Positions 49,443 through 61,830 of a stretch of DNA of 64,000 bases are shown in pieces. A program made the translations under genes and the position numbers. Source of the stretch: Convolutriloba macropyga (lineage: Eukaryota); assembly GCF_964194025.1 (NCBI RefSeq), contig NC_134482.1:31124001-31188000 (forward strand), in the 5' to 3' direction. The number at the start of each line of letters is the position of its first letter. Position 1 is the stretch's first letter. The notes under the pieces are model-generated. The model worked only from the letters and a program-made list of their open reading frames with translations. It did not search any database and had not been told where the DNA came from.

Positions 49443-52400
49443 TGTTTCATTGGCCGCCTTAGGAACTTTGTGAGATTGATTTGATTATTGAACTAATAAA
49501 AGATTACAATCGTTTAGAATAAATTAATCAGTTTTCAGTTTCGAGTTTTTGTTAAATTGACTGTTCTTCATGATTTCTGATGTTGTTATGGCTGAAAACT
49601 TGCATGACTTTTCTTAACCATGTCAAATCAGTATCGGGCACAGATGGTAAATAGTGCACATATGGGAAAAAATCCACTGGGCATCAATGTTGATGACATT
49701 GCCGGCCCCATTTGCAGGGTTGCAAAGAATAGTCGGCTTCCGTAAAGACGATGCTCTGTTAGGTTGAAATTCTGTAGCCAATAAATAATTCTCAAGAAAA
49801 TAACTGAGGGAAGAAAAAGATGGTTACAAGAGACAACAAAGCAAATCATTTTCAAATCGGCATTTCTAACTGACGGAGCGGGTAATGACCAAAAATTGTA
49901 GTACCTGAAAATTGCGACACAAGCGAAAAAGGCTAAAGCGGAGGTTGCTGCGGTGTAGCAAATTTCTACACAGCGCGAAAACGAGATTCCTATCTGTTGC
50001 GGCCCGTACTTACCTGTACCTAACCGTACCTACCTGTACCTGAATATTACCACTCAAGAGTGACGGACCTTTTAATGTACTGGATTTTTCAAATCGTTTT
50101 TTGATCGACAAGTAAGTTATGTGACTTCACATTAACGATAGTGTAGATTTCTGCAGGAGGAATCTTTGGAAGCTTAGTGCTAAAATGATGTGAATTTGTC
50201 CGTTGAATGTGAATGTAATTTACTCTACAGAAATTTTACTTAGCTTGAGAACGGGGCGGATCTTTTCACCGTATGCAGACTTTATTTTGACTGACCGAAC
50301 AATTTTATCCGAGCCTAGATACACTTCTATTACCTTTGCTAGAGGCCAGAGACCACGAGGAGTGAAATCTTCCAAAATCCAGACTAAGTCGTGAACTTTT
50401 AAGTTCTGATTTATTTTAGGCCATTTAGAGCGTTTCTGCTGGTTAGGGAGATACTCTCTAATAAATCGGTTCCAAAAAAAGTTGGGCTAGAATTTGTGAT
50501 GTTTTCCAAGATTTAGTAACTACTACTTTGATTTGAGAGAAGACTCCTGAGGGAAGCTTGATTGAGGGTGTACCCAAAAGGAGATGATTTGGCGTTAAAG
50601 GGAGTGGATCGTTTATATCGCTAGAAACATTCGTCAATGGTTGCGAAATCATGTTGCACTCAATTTCACGAGTGAATGTTGACAGCGTTTCGTCTGTTAG
50701 CGTTTTTGAGCCAATGACTTTGTAGAGGGAGAGTTTGAAAACTTGGACTAACATTTCCTTGCGGCCGCCAAAAAGCGGAACCAGAGGGGGTTAAATTTCC
50801 AATTGATTTCTACGTCTAAGATGTGGAGCTTTGATGCAAATTCTGGCGAGGATCTGAGAGCTTCTATTCCTTTTCTCAATTCGGAACAAGAGCCGACAAA
50901 AGATTTTCCGTTGTCAAAATAAAAAAATTTTGGTTTTCCGTGGCGGCTAATGAATCTGCAGATGCAACTCATTGTAGAATCTGTAGAAAAACTTTCCGAA
51001 ATTTCCAAATGAACGGCTCTTACAACTAAGCACGAAACTAGAAGGATATAACGGGTAGCGAATTTATCACACTATTTCATAGGTAAAGGACCTATGAAGT
51101 CCAGACCTTTTTTTGCAAATGCAAAGTGATTTTAGAGCGGTAAACGTTCACTTGGCAGATCTGACATCTGAGGTGGATTAATTTCTTGAGCCATTCTTCG
51201 GCAGGGAATGCACTGACGTATTGTTTGTCTAACAACAGCTCGGCATATCAGAATCCAATAGTATTCCATTAGAAAGGAGCGTGTTTGTTCAACACCAGAG
51301 TGACTAATCACTACATGAGTGTTTTTGATGAGGAGCTTAACGATTGGGTTAACCCCGTCTAAAATTAACGGATGGCGAGCAGTTTCTAAGACCATTGCCA
51401 TAGACAGCCAACCTTTGGCGCGGAGTTCATTCCTTCCGTTAACAAAAGGACAGAGTGTCTTTAGAGGGCTTGACGGAAGTATCTCCTTGCCTTTCTGTAA
51501 AGACAAATTCTCATCTCCAAAGTTCTGACTTGGAGCAACGCCGATTAGGTACTTGTAGGCCAGTGTGTGATGTGCGAGCGGTAAGCAAATGCTCTGTTTT
51601 TTCAAACGATCGAGGAAGAATAAGCAGTTTGCTGCAATTCTAACCAAGCGATTTCAGTTGCTGAAGCATGCAATGTCGATGGGACATTCATTTGCTGAGT
51701 GCAGATTGGTTTGCAACGGATGAACGATGAGAACGTTCGAAATTCGGGCTTTCAAGATGTCTTGACATAGCCAGTCACTTTTTGGTAACTGTAGAAAAGA
51801 AGGACCATTGAGCCATCGAGAACTGCAGTCCATCTGTTTAACTTCATAGCCTCTTGAGCCATCATCGGCTGGATTGTCAGCTGAGGTGATGTAGTTCCAG
51901 TCATGTGCTGTTGATACATCAATTATCTTTGCCAACCTGTTAGCAACAAATATGCGATGACGTATCTCTGGGGCTCTGAGCCAATAAAAAAATGTTGTAC
52001 TATCGGACCAAAAAACTTTTTCTTTTATGTGAATGTCGTGCATTTCTCTCACGAATTGTGCGAGCTCAGCTGCGTAGACGGCTGCTTGCAACTCGAGATT
52101 TGGAATTGTCATTTTTTTTATTAGAGCTAGGTTTTTCTCATTATGAATTTCACTTGAACAGTTTTATCCAAGTATTCAATCCAAAGATACGAAACTGCTG
52201 AGAGTGCATACTCCGACGCGTCTGAGAAGGTTTGGAGAGCTGTTTCCTTTATTGCTTTGTTAATGAATAAACAGCGAGGTTTTGAAAAGTCTCGTAGTTC
52301 ATTTTGCAGTTGAGTTAAACCTGCAAATTCATTGAGGTTCAATGGTTTGTCCCACTTTTGTCAATGGTTCCAGGCGGCCTGTAGACTTTTACGAACTCGG

Positions 52401-55400
52401 ATGCTGAGTGGTGCTATAAAGCCTAGAGGGCGAAAAATGGCTGCAACAAACCGCAGAAGTTTTCTTTGCGTTACCATAGTGCTATCCAAGTGAAAATTCT
52501 TGAACGGTTTTTTTCTCGATTACATAAGTGTCTGTTTTTGCATTCCACGGTAATCCAAGGACCTTTTGAGTATGAGGTGAAGCTTTGTTTGTGTTTAAAA
52601 GTTGATCCCTACTGACTTGTTGCAAAAACGCAGCCGATTTAGAATTCCACTTGATGGGGTTTAAACCCCCAAGAGACAGGCAAGCTTTAGTGCTGCTCAT
52701 TATGTTTACAGCCTTTTCAACGTATATAAAAATCATCCATGTAGATATTGCGTTCAACAATATGGGAAGCCTCAGGAAATTGTTTCTGTTTATCTTTCGC
52801 AGAACAACGTAGAGCGTACGATGCAATGCAAGGTGATGACGTTGCACCAAATATGTGGCTAGTGTATTCATATTCTTCTATTTTGCCGTTGTGATCCCAC
52901 AAGAAACGATGATATGAATGGTTTGAAGGAACAACTTTGACTTGCATAAATATCTGCACAATGTCGGCGGATATTGCGATATGAATTTCTCTGAAACGCA
53001 AAATAATCCCAACAAGATTGCTGAGCAAGTCAAGGACTTTCAGCAGATTTGAGTTGAGAGATTGGCCTTGAAAGATGCTGGATGCGTTAGTCACCCGTCA
53101 AAGTTTTCCGGGCTTATTTTCGTTTGAGACCGGATGATGAGATACATAAGAAACTGATTTTGTGTTGTCGGTACAAGTATTATTCTTTATAACATATCCG
53201 TTGTGCAAGTCCTTTTGCAAATTCTCTTCATATTTTTCTCTTAATACTGGCTTCGTGGAAAGCGTTGCTTTTAGCTGCTTCAACTGTCTCAGCAAGCCAT
53301 CTGTTATTCGGCAATTTTGCGTTCTCTTTCCACAGTATGCCAACTTCGTAATGACCATCCTTGAATCTGGTTGTGGATTATAAAATTTCCAAAGACTTTT
53401 CATCGTTCTTGGACAGCGCTTTTTTCTTTGATGCAATGCCATAATTTTCGATCTTCATCCAATCCTGAACTTTGGTGAAAAATTCGTTGTCCAATGGGCC
53501 ATGGGAACAATTTTGGGTTGAGAACTGGATTTTTGCTCATCTGCAATTATTTTGCTGCTTCCGGCACAAGTCCAGCCTTATGGTGTCTTGACAGCCCAAA
53601 GTGTGTTTTTCGGGCTTTTAAATATCTCACTGTAGTGGATTAGTTCAAGGTTATCAATTCCGATGATTATACACACTTGATTTTGTTTGACATTTGGAAA
53701 CGTGATGTGTTTAAGGTGATCAAAGTTACTACAAAGTTTGTTCAGCTCACTGGTTTTAACTGGCGTCATATTGAGATCTGGTACTGCTAGCACATCAATT
53801 GAAACTACTGAGGTATTCTGGGATCTGTATGGCTTGATTTGGACCGAAATTTGAGAACAGTCTATTTCTCTAGTTGTATGGTAGCTACTGATGGGCACTT
53901 CAGCGACTGTGTTCTTGTCAATCTCCAATTCTGCTGCTGCAGATGTAAGCAGCCAGCTTTGACAACTTCCGTTGTCTAGATACGCATAAGTATTAAGAGT
54001 TTTTACACCATTGGAAAGTTCAACCGGAACAAGGGCTACTTGTCCTGTTCCGTGTAAATGAACGGATTTAACGGCCGATGGCGGCTTCACTCTCTGATTT
54101 ATGTCTCCAAAGCTCTCATGGAGTATGCTTTTGGCCAGAACTGCCTGTTCGACAACCATTTTTTGAATTGCAATGTTGAACATGATGACTGCCAAATCAA
54201 TTGTAGCAAAGTTTTAAGTTTTTGACATGTTCTCTCCGATCGAAAAGAGAAAGGCTCTTGAAATGAGAACATTTGTAGAGATACTGACAGGTCTCATTAC
54301 TGGGGCAAACAACAGTTCTGAAGGGGCCTTCTTTGTTACCGTCAAAAAAGGCCACCTTTTTGACCATTGCTTGTCGTTCACGCAGATGAGGGCAAGGGAC
54401 TTTGAGTTTTCCGAATCCATGGTTTATGAGCAAAGTTTGATCTTCCATGGCTGGGTCGTGTTACCGATATGGGCGCTGGCAAATCTCTACAAGCCTTTGC
54501 GTAGATTGATAACCACTCAGAAAGGTCTTTAAGAGACGGCTGGAGTGAAAACTTTTCGAGGGCATACTTGTTCCACTTCAGGCGGACTGGTGTTGGAAGT
54601 TTATTTAATGCCTGATGGAGATTTGCAGTAGAATGAATGTCGTGATTGAATCCAAGTTGTTGAAATGTATCCACTAGGGTCAGGAGAAAGGCTAAAAATT
54701 GAGTATAACTTTCAGGCAGAGTCAGATTAGGTGGTTTGAACTGCGAGAATTTATCAAGAAAGGCATTTACTATCCTGTTTGGGTTGCCGAAGTGTTCCTC
54801 AAGACGATTCAACGCTGGGACATACAGACTAGCGTTGCAGTCGTATCCGTCTATTAAATGCTTTGCCTCTCCAGTTAATAGCGATTGAAGATGTATCATT
54901 TTTTCTGATAGTGACTTAGGCGAACGATCTATTGTGGCTTGAAAAATGCTGAACCCTTTCATCTAGTCAAGTGGATTGCCATCAAATTTTGTTGCCTGCT
55001 ACTTGGGCACAAATTTTTGGAAACAAGTGGACATGGAGATGGGGTTCTGATATGAAACAGAGCCAAGTGTAGCGGACGTCGATGGATCTGAGATTTGTTG
55101 ATTTGGAAGGAATGTCCATGATTGCTGTTCAAAAGATGAAATGATGTGTCCTGGTCGGCTGAACTATTGTTTGAGTTAGCAAGAAACGGTTCCGAAGACA
55201 AGGCACTCTGAACAGGATTTCCAGATGAAGTAGCCGTTGAGAAACCCATATTTTTTCCATATTAGCCGGTGGCGAAATGGAATTGGATTGAACTGACCTA
55301 GCTGGCGCTGCCGAGTCCGACAAAACAATTGACCTGACACTCCGCTCCCAGCAGTTGCTGAGAAAAATGTAGAGGTCCTGTTAGTGTTAAGAACTGTTGG

Positions 55401-56989
55401 GTTACTGCTGCTACTATCAAATGTTACCCTAAAGTTGCCTGATGGAACATTGCTTAGTTCTGAGCTTTGAGTTTATTTTTCTGTTTGCGGAGGGCAACGG
55501 TTGTTTTTCGAATCTTGATTTTTAGTTTGCTAAGTTCAAAACAGAGCATATCTGCGTCTTCTGATGGCGAGATGTCCAAAAGCTCCTGAACAGACTTGTC
55601 GAGTTTCTCTTGCAACTCTTTAATTTCGCACAATGTTTCTTCTAGAGTTTCAGTGTCTTCCCAGGAATCGATTCCTGAAACAACAAATTCGATGCACGAT
55701 TCAATTTGGTTTTGGTTTTTAATGTGTTTCAAATGAGGATCAACAGAGGATTCTTCGTTTTCACCCATTGCTGGCGTTTGTGAAATTGTAGAATTTACCT
55801 GATGCTCAACTCTTGTTGATTTTCCGGTTCGATTAAGAACCATTAACTCTGTTTTGTTGAGGTTATCTAGAGCTTTGAAATTAATTTAGCCTCTATTAGT
55901 AGCATTGTTGAACAAACCTCAAGGCCAAAACCTTTTTATGTAACTATCGGTTAACAAATACTTACCAAACCTAATGAACCAAATTTAATCCAAATTTAAC
56001 GCAACTTGCCAAAGTTTACCAAAACCTACCAAAACGTTACAGTCCCTTACCAAAACTACTGAACCTTACCAACACTTACTGAACTTGATCAAACCTTACC
56101 AAACCAAACCTTACCAATAGTTCCCGAACCTTACCAACCTTTACCAAACTTTACCAAAACTTACCGAACCTTACCAAGCCTAACCGAACCTTACCGATAT
56201 TTACCAAAACCTTACCAAGCCTAACCGAACCTTACCGATATTTACCAAACCTTACCAAGCCTTACTGAACCTTAGCGGATACCATCAACTACCAATACCG
56301 GAATGATAAACCCAAATCTACCAAATAACCACAGTAACATGCGGACACAAACCGAGGTTTATGCTGAACCACATGGCACGAATGTCGGTTTTTCAATAGC
56401 GAAAAAATCGTCTGGCGGTATCGGAGCAATAAAAAAAGGACTGAAATTTATTGCAAATTGCTAACACGTCCGGAAAAAATTCTCTAGGTGCGAGAAAAAA
56501 AACAACGCTGGGGAAATTACTGGGGAATCACCAGAGTCAAAGGAAATAAAAATAAGGTAATCAAGGGAGTCCCAGATATAAACATTCTGTTGGGCTGGGC
56601 AATGATGGGTTGCCTCGGGCTGGGTTGTATGGGATGGGTCTTTGTCTAAAATTTCCTTCTCCACCCTGATCACGAGAAAAAAAATTCTCGAGAATGAAAT
56701 TTTAGCTGTCCATTCTTTCGTTGGGCGCCAGAATGTTACATTGGGCGCCTTAGGAACTTTGTGAGATTGATTTGATTATTGAAATAATAATGGATTACAA
56801 TGGTTTAGTATAAATTAATCAGTTTTCAGTTCCGATGTTTTGTCAAATTGACTGTTCTTCATGATTTCTCATGTTGTTATGGCTGAAAACTTGCATGACT
56901 TTTCTTAACCATGTCGAATCAGTATCGGACAGAGATGGTAAATAGTGCACATATGGCAAATAATCCACTGGGCATCAATGTTGATGACA
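49443..56989 (-). mobile_element. Full-length decayed BEL/Pao LTR retrotransposon in the last intron of calmodulin-like paralog 2
   Basis: 256-bp TG..CA LTRs (49443-49698, 56734-56989; ~17 differences by eye); PBS TGGCGCCCAACG (56719-56730, tRNA-Lys type); GGGGCCGGCAA before the 3' LTR; gag (55843-54200), protease LDNGS, RT ADI/FGATSSP/YMDD, RNase H FSDAS/LELQAA/WSDST, integrase HSGV..C..C, DNG, PLTPNHLL; many frameshifts. Confidence 0.95.
55960..56330 (-). repeat. 10-bp minisatellite (CCTTACCRAA)n in the BEL/Pao 5' leader
   Basis: About a dozen exact CTTACC copies plus variants at ~10-bp phasing. Confidence 0.85.
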
Positions 56990-58451
56990 AATAATAAGGA
57001 AAATGACTATGGTAAACCCTTTTTTTGGGGAAATTGATTCAAAAATTTTGTAATTGCCATTGTTGTACTTGTTATTGAATTATCATCTACTTCACTTGGG
57101 TAATTAAAATCGAGTCTTTCACAGTCAAACGGCCTGACAAACTTTCAATAATTTAGATTAACGCCATCGAGTCTGCAAAATGTGCTCGTTTTCACTTGAC
57201 ATTTAAAACCACTACAATGCATTCAGCTCCAGAATATAGGCAGCGATTGTGAATTTTTGATAATTACTTATTGAATATTCCTAGAAAACTGCGTGTAGGC
57301 AGAAAAAACTGGCTGCAGTTTTTTTGTGATCGCTGGCTTCATATTGTTATTTCTAGAGCAAATTTACTATCATACTTAAGTTACTGTTTTATGGCTCTTT
57401 TTAATAGAAATCTCTGAAAAAAATGTGTTGCTTAATTTTCCAAATTGTTTTTGGATGCAATTTTGTGAATTAGTTACTTGAACTCAAAGCAAATTTAATT
57501 TATATGATATCTTCAATTCCTCTGATCACAACTCAGTACCTCAATGTAGAGACACACTGCTGCCTGTATTTGCCTAATCTATTTTGCGTTGAAGTTGTCT
57601 CTCAAAATGAAAAGGCGAACGACGTTTTGAGGTATAATAAATGAAAACAAACCCTCTTCATACTCAAGTGGAAATGATTACAAAACCTACTAGAAATGAC
57701 AGTCTTGACTGATGCAAAAACTTGAATAATCCTACGGGTAGCCCAATATTCACTGTTAATACATAATATCCAGCATACTATTTAAAATCAAACCAAATAA
57801 TCTATAATGAACTTTAAGTCGATTCTGGAGTTTTTTATAGGGTTTTTCATTGAGCCTTTCTATCAATTTACTAAAAGAATAACCAAAGAAGAGCCATGAC
57901 CGATTGTAATTTAAAAGACTTCTCGAGCGTTAATTGATAAAAAAAAGCTAGCAAGAAAACAATTTTTTAAACCAATTTCCGCTCATAGGAAACAATGATA
58001 AATCAGAAATGTACCTGGAAACACGTACGTGTCATTTTTAAAATGCCAGAGGTTTCAATATTTTGTTCACTAGGACATTAAATTTATTTCGAAATTTTCT
58101 ATGTGCTTTCAAAAAAATTTTAAAAAATGTTTTTCGTAAAATATCTAAAGATTTAAATTTTTTTTTCACTGATATTTGGACTATAGTTGAACGTAACGTC
58201 GTTAGATCGTTTCTTGGTAAAACGTAAGACAAGGTAAAACTGTGACAATTTTCATTCAACCTAAAGTTCCGCAAGGAATATTTGTGTTGAGCTGAGGTTC
58301 AGGCATTCAGTAGTGCTAAACTGTACTTGAGCCAATCAGGCCGGGAGTGGTCTCTTTTATACCTATTTTAGACTACAATGGTTTTTTCAAAGTCCTGGCC
58401 TAGACTGGGGCTGTCCCTGTCAACATTTTCAAGATTGTTGACATTATTTAC

Positions 58452-58578
58452 CCTCTGTTGTTTTTGTCGAATAGTTTGAACACATCCTGGAGATCTCTCT
58501 CAATGTCAACATCTCCTTGTTCTGCTATCTTCTTGGCCATCATCTCACAGAACTCCTCAAAGTCAACTTCCCCATTAC
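58452..58578 (-). CDS. Calmodulin-like paralog 2, penultimate exon (5' exons not found in the window)
   Basis: ATGCAG|GNGEVDFEEFCEMMAKKIAEQGDVDIERDLQDVFKLFDKNNR-GG|GTAAAT; phase 2 joins 47144. Confidence 0.88.
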
Positions 58579-58604
58579 CTGCATTAAACATAACTCTATC
58601 GGTA

Positions 58605-60060
58605 CCTATTTCGAAGGCAATTTCAGCGCTATCTCAATTACTCCAATGTTTGCAAAACTCTTTGAGCGTATACTTCTCAATCAGGTTAACGAATTTATGC
58701 AAAAAGAAAAAATCTTGAACGGTACACAGTTTGGATTTCAAAAACATAAGTCTTCTACAGATGCTGTTTTACACTTAATCGAAGCATTACAAGAAAACTA
58801 TGATAACTTAAAAATTTCAGTTGCCGTTTTTATCGATCTAGCTAAAGCATTTAATTCAATATCGCACGAAATTTTTCTCAAAAAGATTGAAGCTTACGGT
58901 TTTTCAGAAAGTGCAGTTGATTTATTTGCTTCATTTCTTAAAAACAGACAGCAGTGTGTTAAGATAAATGATGTTTACTCAGAATAGTTGGAAACAAATC
59001 ATGGTGTTCCACAGGGAACCGTTTTAGGGCCACTAGTTTTTCTTCTCTACATTAATGATTTTCGAGAAAAGGTACAAGGAAACTTCGACATAAATCAATT
59101 TGCTGATGACACATGTTTCCATTTTAGCAGAAATAATGTCAGCGAACTGGAAAAATCTGTTTCTGAAATACTGGAGAAAACAGATAATTATCTAAAGGAA
59201 AACAAATTAACCATGAATACCGGTAAAACTGAAATTCTTTGCGTCTCGAAAGAAAATGAAAATTTTAATTCAATAGTATATCAGGGACAAGAAATTAAGC
59301 CACAAAATCACTGCAGATACTTGATTGATTCTAAATGATTGGGTATAATGATTGATTCTAAATTAAATTTTCTTGTACAACTCAACAAAGTCCTGTCAAA
59401 TATGGCCACAGCGATTAGATCCATATATCTTATACGTTATCGGTTACCTCTGAAAGCACGATTGATGCTATTCAAATCCCCAGTTCTTTCTCAATTAACG
59501 TTCAGTGCTCTATTTTGTCAAAACTTGAAATTCTCTGAAATGCAGTGAATTAATCGACAAATCAATTGGGGAATTAAAGTTTGCTATATGAGAAAAAAGT
59601 TTGAGAGATCTACAGATCTCTTAGTAAAATCTAACAATTTGCCTGCAGAACTTTTAATAAGCCAGATGAGCGTTTCAAAACTTAAGAATGATGTTTCATT
59701 ATTGAAATCAGATGGCACTGAGAGTTTTTCTCTGAGTGGTAATGTCTTAGTAAGAAAAAACAACAGAACTGAACAGCTAATTCTCCTAAAGTCGAGCAGT
59801 CGATCATTACAAAAAAGAAACATCCAAAAATGGAATAAACTTCCGCGTGAAGTCCGGATCACGCTCAAAATTTAAACGCATGATAAAACAGCATGTGCTC
59901 CAACAATTCAAACTTGTACCGTTGGAAAGGAACGTTGGTGGCTTCAAAAGTTATTTTTACCTTTAAAAAACGGAACCACTAATTTTGATTTTTAACATTG
60001 TACTAATTTTGTATATATAATTTTAAACTTGTAATATTTAACCCCCGGGTTATATTTTCA
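58605..60060 (+). mobile_element. 5'-truncated decayed LINE (RT domain), antisense in an intron of calmodulin-like paralog 2
   Basis: ISITPMFAKLFER, QFGFQ, FIDLAKAFNSISH, GVPQGTVLGPLVFLLYIND, QFADDT, NTGKTE; in-frame stops; 3' edge approximate. Confidence 0.9.
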
Positions 60061-60506
60061 ATTTACTTGTTTAAACAAAAAAAGAACCAGAAAAAATCAG
60101 AACGATATCAGTACTGATTCAGAAGCTGATTCGTGTCACATTTTGCTCGGATTTTGTCTGATTCAGAAGCTAATTAATCATTTTAAAAAGTCAATTACAA
60201 GACTTAAGTTATTTTGAATACAAATTTGGGATATATTCTGCCCGCCTAGATTAGATAAAAGTGAAATTGAGGCAACATTGAGCGCAGTTATAACATGGAG
60301 CTGAAGTTAAGATAAAATTTGACAAGATTCCGTGTCATTTTTGATGAATTCCAGATCATGTCAGCTATTCTGGGAAAGTTACTGAATTGCTCCCCTAGTC
60401 TAGGCCAGAAATTATTAAAAGACGGTCCCCGTTGACATAAGGCATAAAAACAGTCTTAGATAAATGTTTGTTACAAAATATTTTTTACAAAATAATTTTG
60501 AAAAAA

Positions 60507-60690
60507 ATTTGTCTGGACTTTAACTGATGTCCTCGACTTTGACTGGAACTAAAACAAGCGTTTTCGAAATTGCTAGACAATAAAAGGTGTCCTGGTATTT
60601 GTCTGGACATTGCAAAGTGTCCTGAAATTTGGCTGGACAAAGAAACGTGTCCTAGAATTTGGCTAGACAATAAAAAATGTCCTCGAATTA
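60507..60690. repeat. 30-bp tandem repeat (TTTGKCTGGAC...TGTCCT)
   Basis: About six degenerate copies at a 30-bp period. Confidence 0.75.
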
Positions 60691-60873
60691 CGCTCGAGGA
60701 ACGCTTAAGATAAGGACATCTAGCGCAATTGGTTAACTAATAGGTAAGGTTGGAGAAGGTCAAGAGACCGAACCCAGATGACCATACATGGCTCTTTCGC
60801 ATTATTGGTGCAGTTTCTCTCAATTGACAAGACCTACAACTGTTTTCAGACACTTCAAATGTTTAAGTGCTTT

Positions 60874-61030
60874 GGGATCTATTCTGTTCCCCCCAGTATT
60901 TCTTATGACCCCCAGTTACAAATTATGTGTTGTTATATAGCAAGTTACTATGTAAGAAAATAGCACATGCGCCTGGGGGTCATAAAAGAATTATGTTCAC
61001 TAAGCTGGGGTGGTGAAACAGAATAGATCC
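60874..61030. repeat. Fold-back MITE-like element
   Basis: GGATCTATTCTGTT / AACAGAATAGATCC outer arms; TATGACCCCCAG / CTGGGGGTCATA inner arms. Confidence 0.7.
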
Positions 61031-61830
61031 GTGCTTTGATATGCTATACAACGGAAAAAATGTTCTGTTAAAACCAATTGTCGCTCCGTTAATATACGGC
61101 CGTGCCTCATTTAGTATATGCGTAATGAATGGATCTAGTGGATTAAAAGAGGTTATGACATGCTATTGAATTGATTCAAAGTAGGACTATCGTCTAGACG
61201 GGTTGATAGTTGGTACCCTACATATTTTCAAGTCTATATTATTTAAAAAAATGATCAGTCTTCTAGAGGTCACAGCCACATTATAATACTCCCGTATGGC
61301 CACGGGTTATTCGAAGTCCGCGTTGGTATCCCTCAAAATTGTTTCCATCGGATTTTGTCCTGCGCTATTAGCTACGGTTAAATTATGTCATATTAAATAC
61401 GAACAGAAATTGTTGCTAATGTGCATAATGCGTTCTATTATAAGTAAAACGTTGAGAATAGTACGTTTAAACAATTTTTAGGTAAATATGCCTACATTAT
61501 CTAACAATTAAGATAGCTTTTGGCTTAACATTTTTAGGCTTTCTAAACATTAGCTGACTGAATACAAGCCTATTTTGACGTCAATGACAAAAACCGGTAA
61601 AAAGAGCATCGAGAGAACCTTACCGTCTAAGTTTTGTTGTGACATTGCACGTTTGTGCTTATACGTTTTGCCTTTATACTTTGCTCATGTTAATAACTTC
61701 GGACTTAGCAATTTTACTGAAATTGAATTCGATGCGGATTAAAGTTTTCTACTGAGTTAATAGCCGCGTTTACTCTGATGGTATTGTTGAAGTTAGTAAT
61801 ACTGGCATTGTCATCCATAGTTGTGGCATA

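Noticed and set aside
49628-49855. Possible env-like extra ORF in the BEL/Pao 3' region
   Set aside because: Only 75 aa, runs into the LTR, and shows no glycoprotein features.
58517-58987. 156-aa ORF as an EF-hand/RT fusion
   Set aside because: Its N-terminal part is the antisense of the calmodulin-like exon running by chance into the truncated LINE frame.
60715-60780. Another tRNA-like cassette (TAGCGCAATTGG)
   Set aside because: Only an A-box-like motif; the B box is unconvincing and there are no HINE termini nearby.
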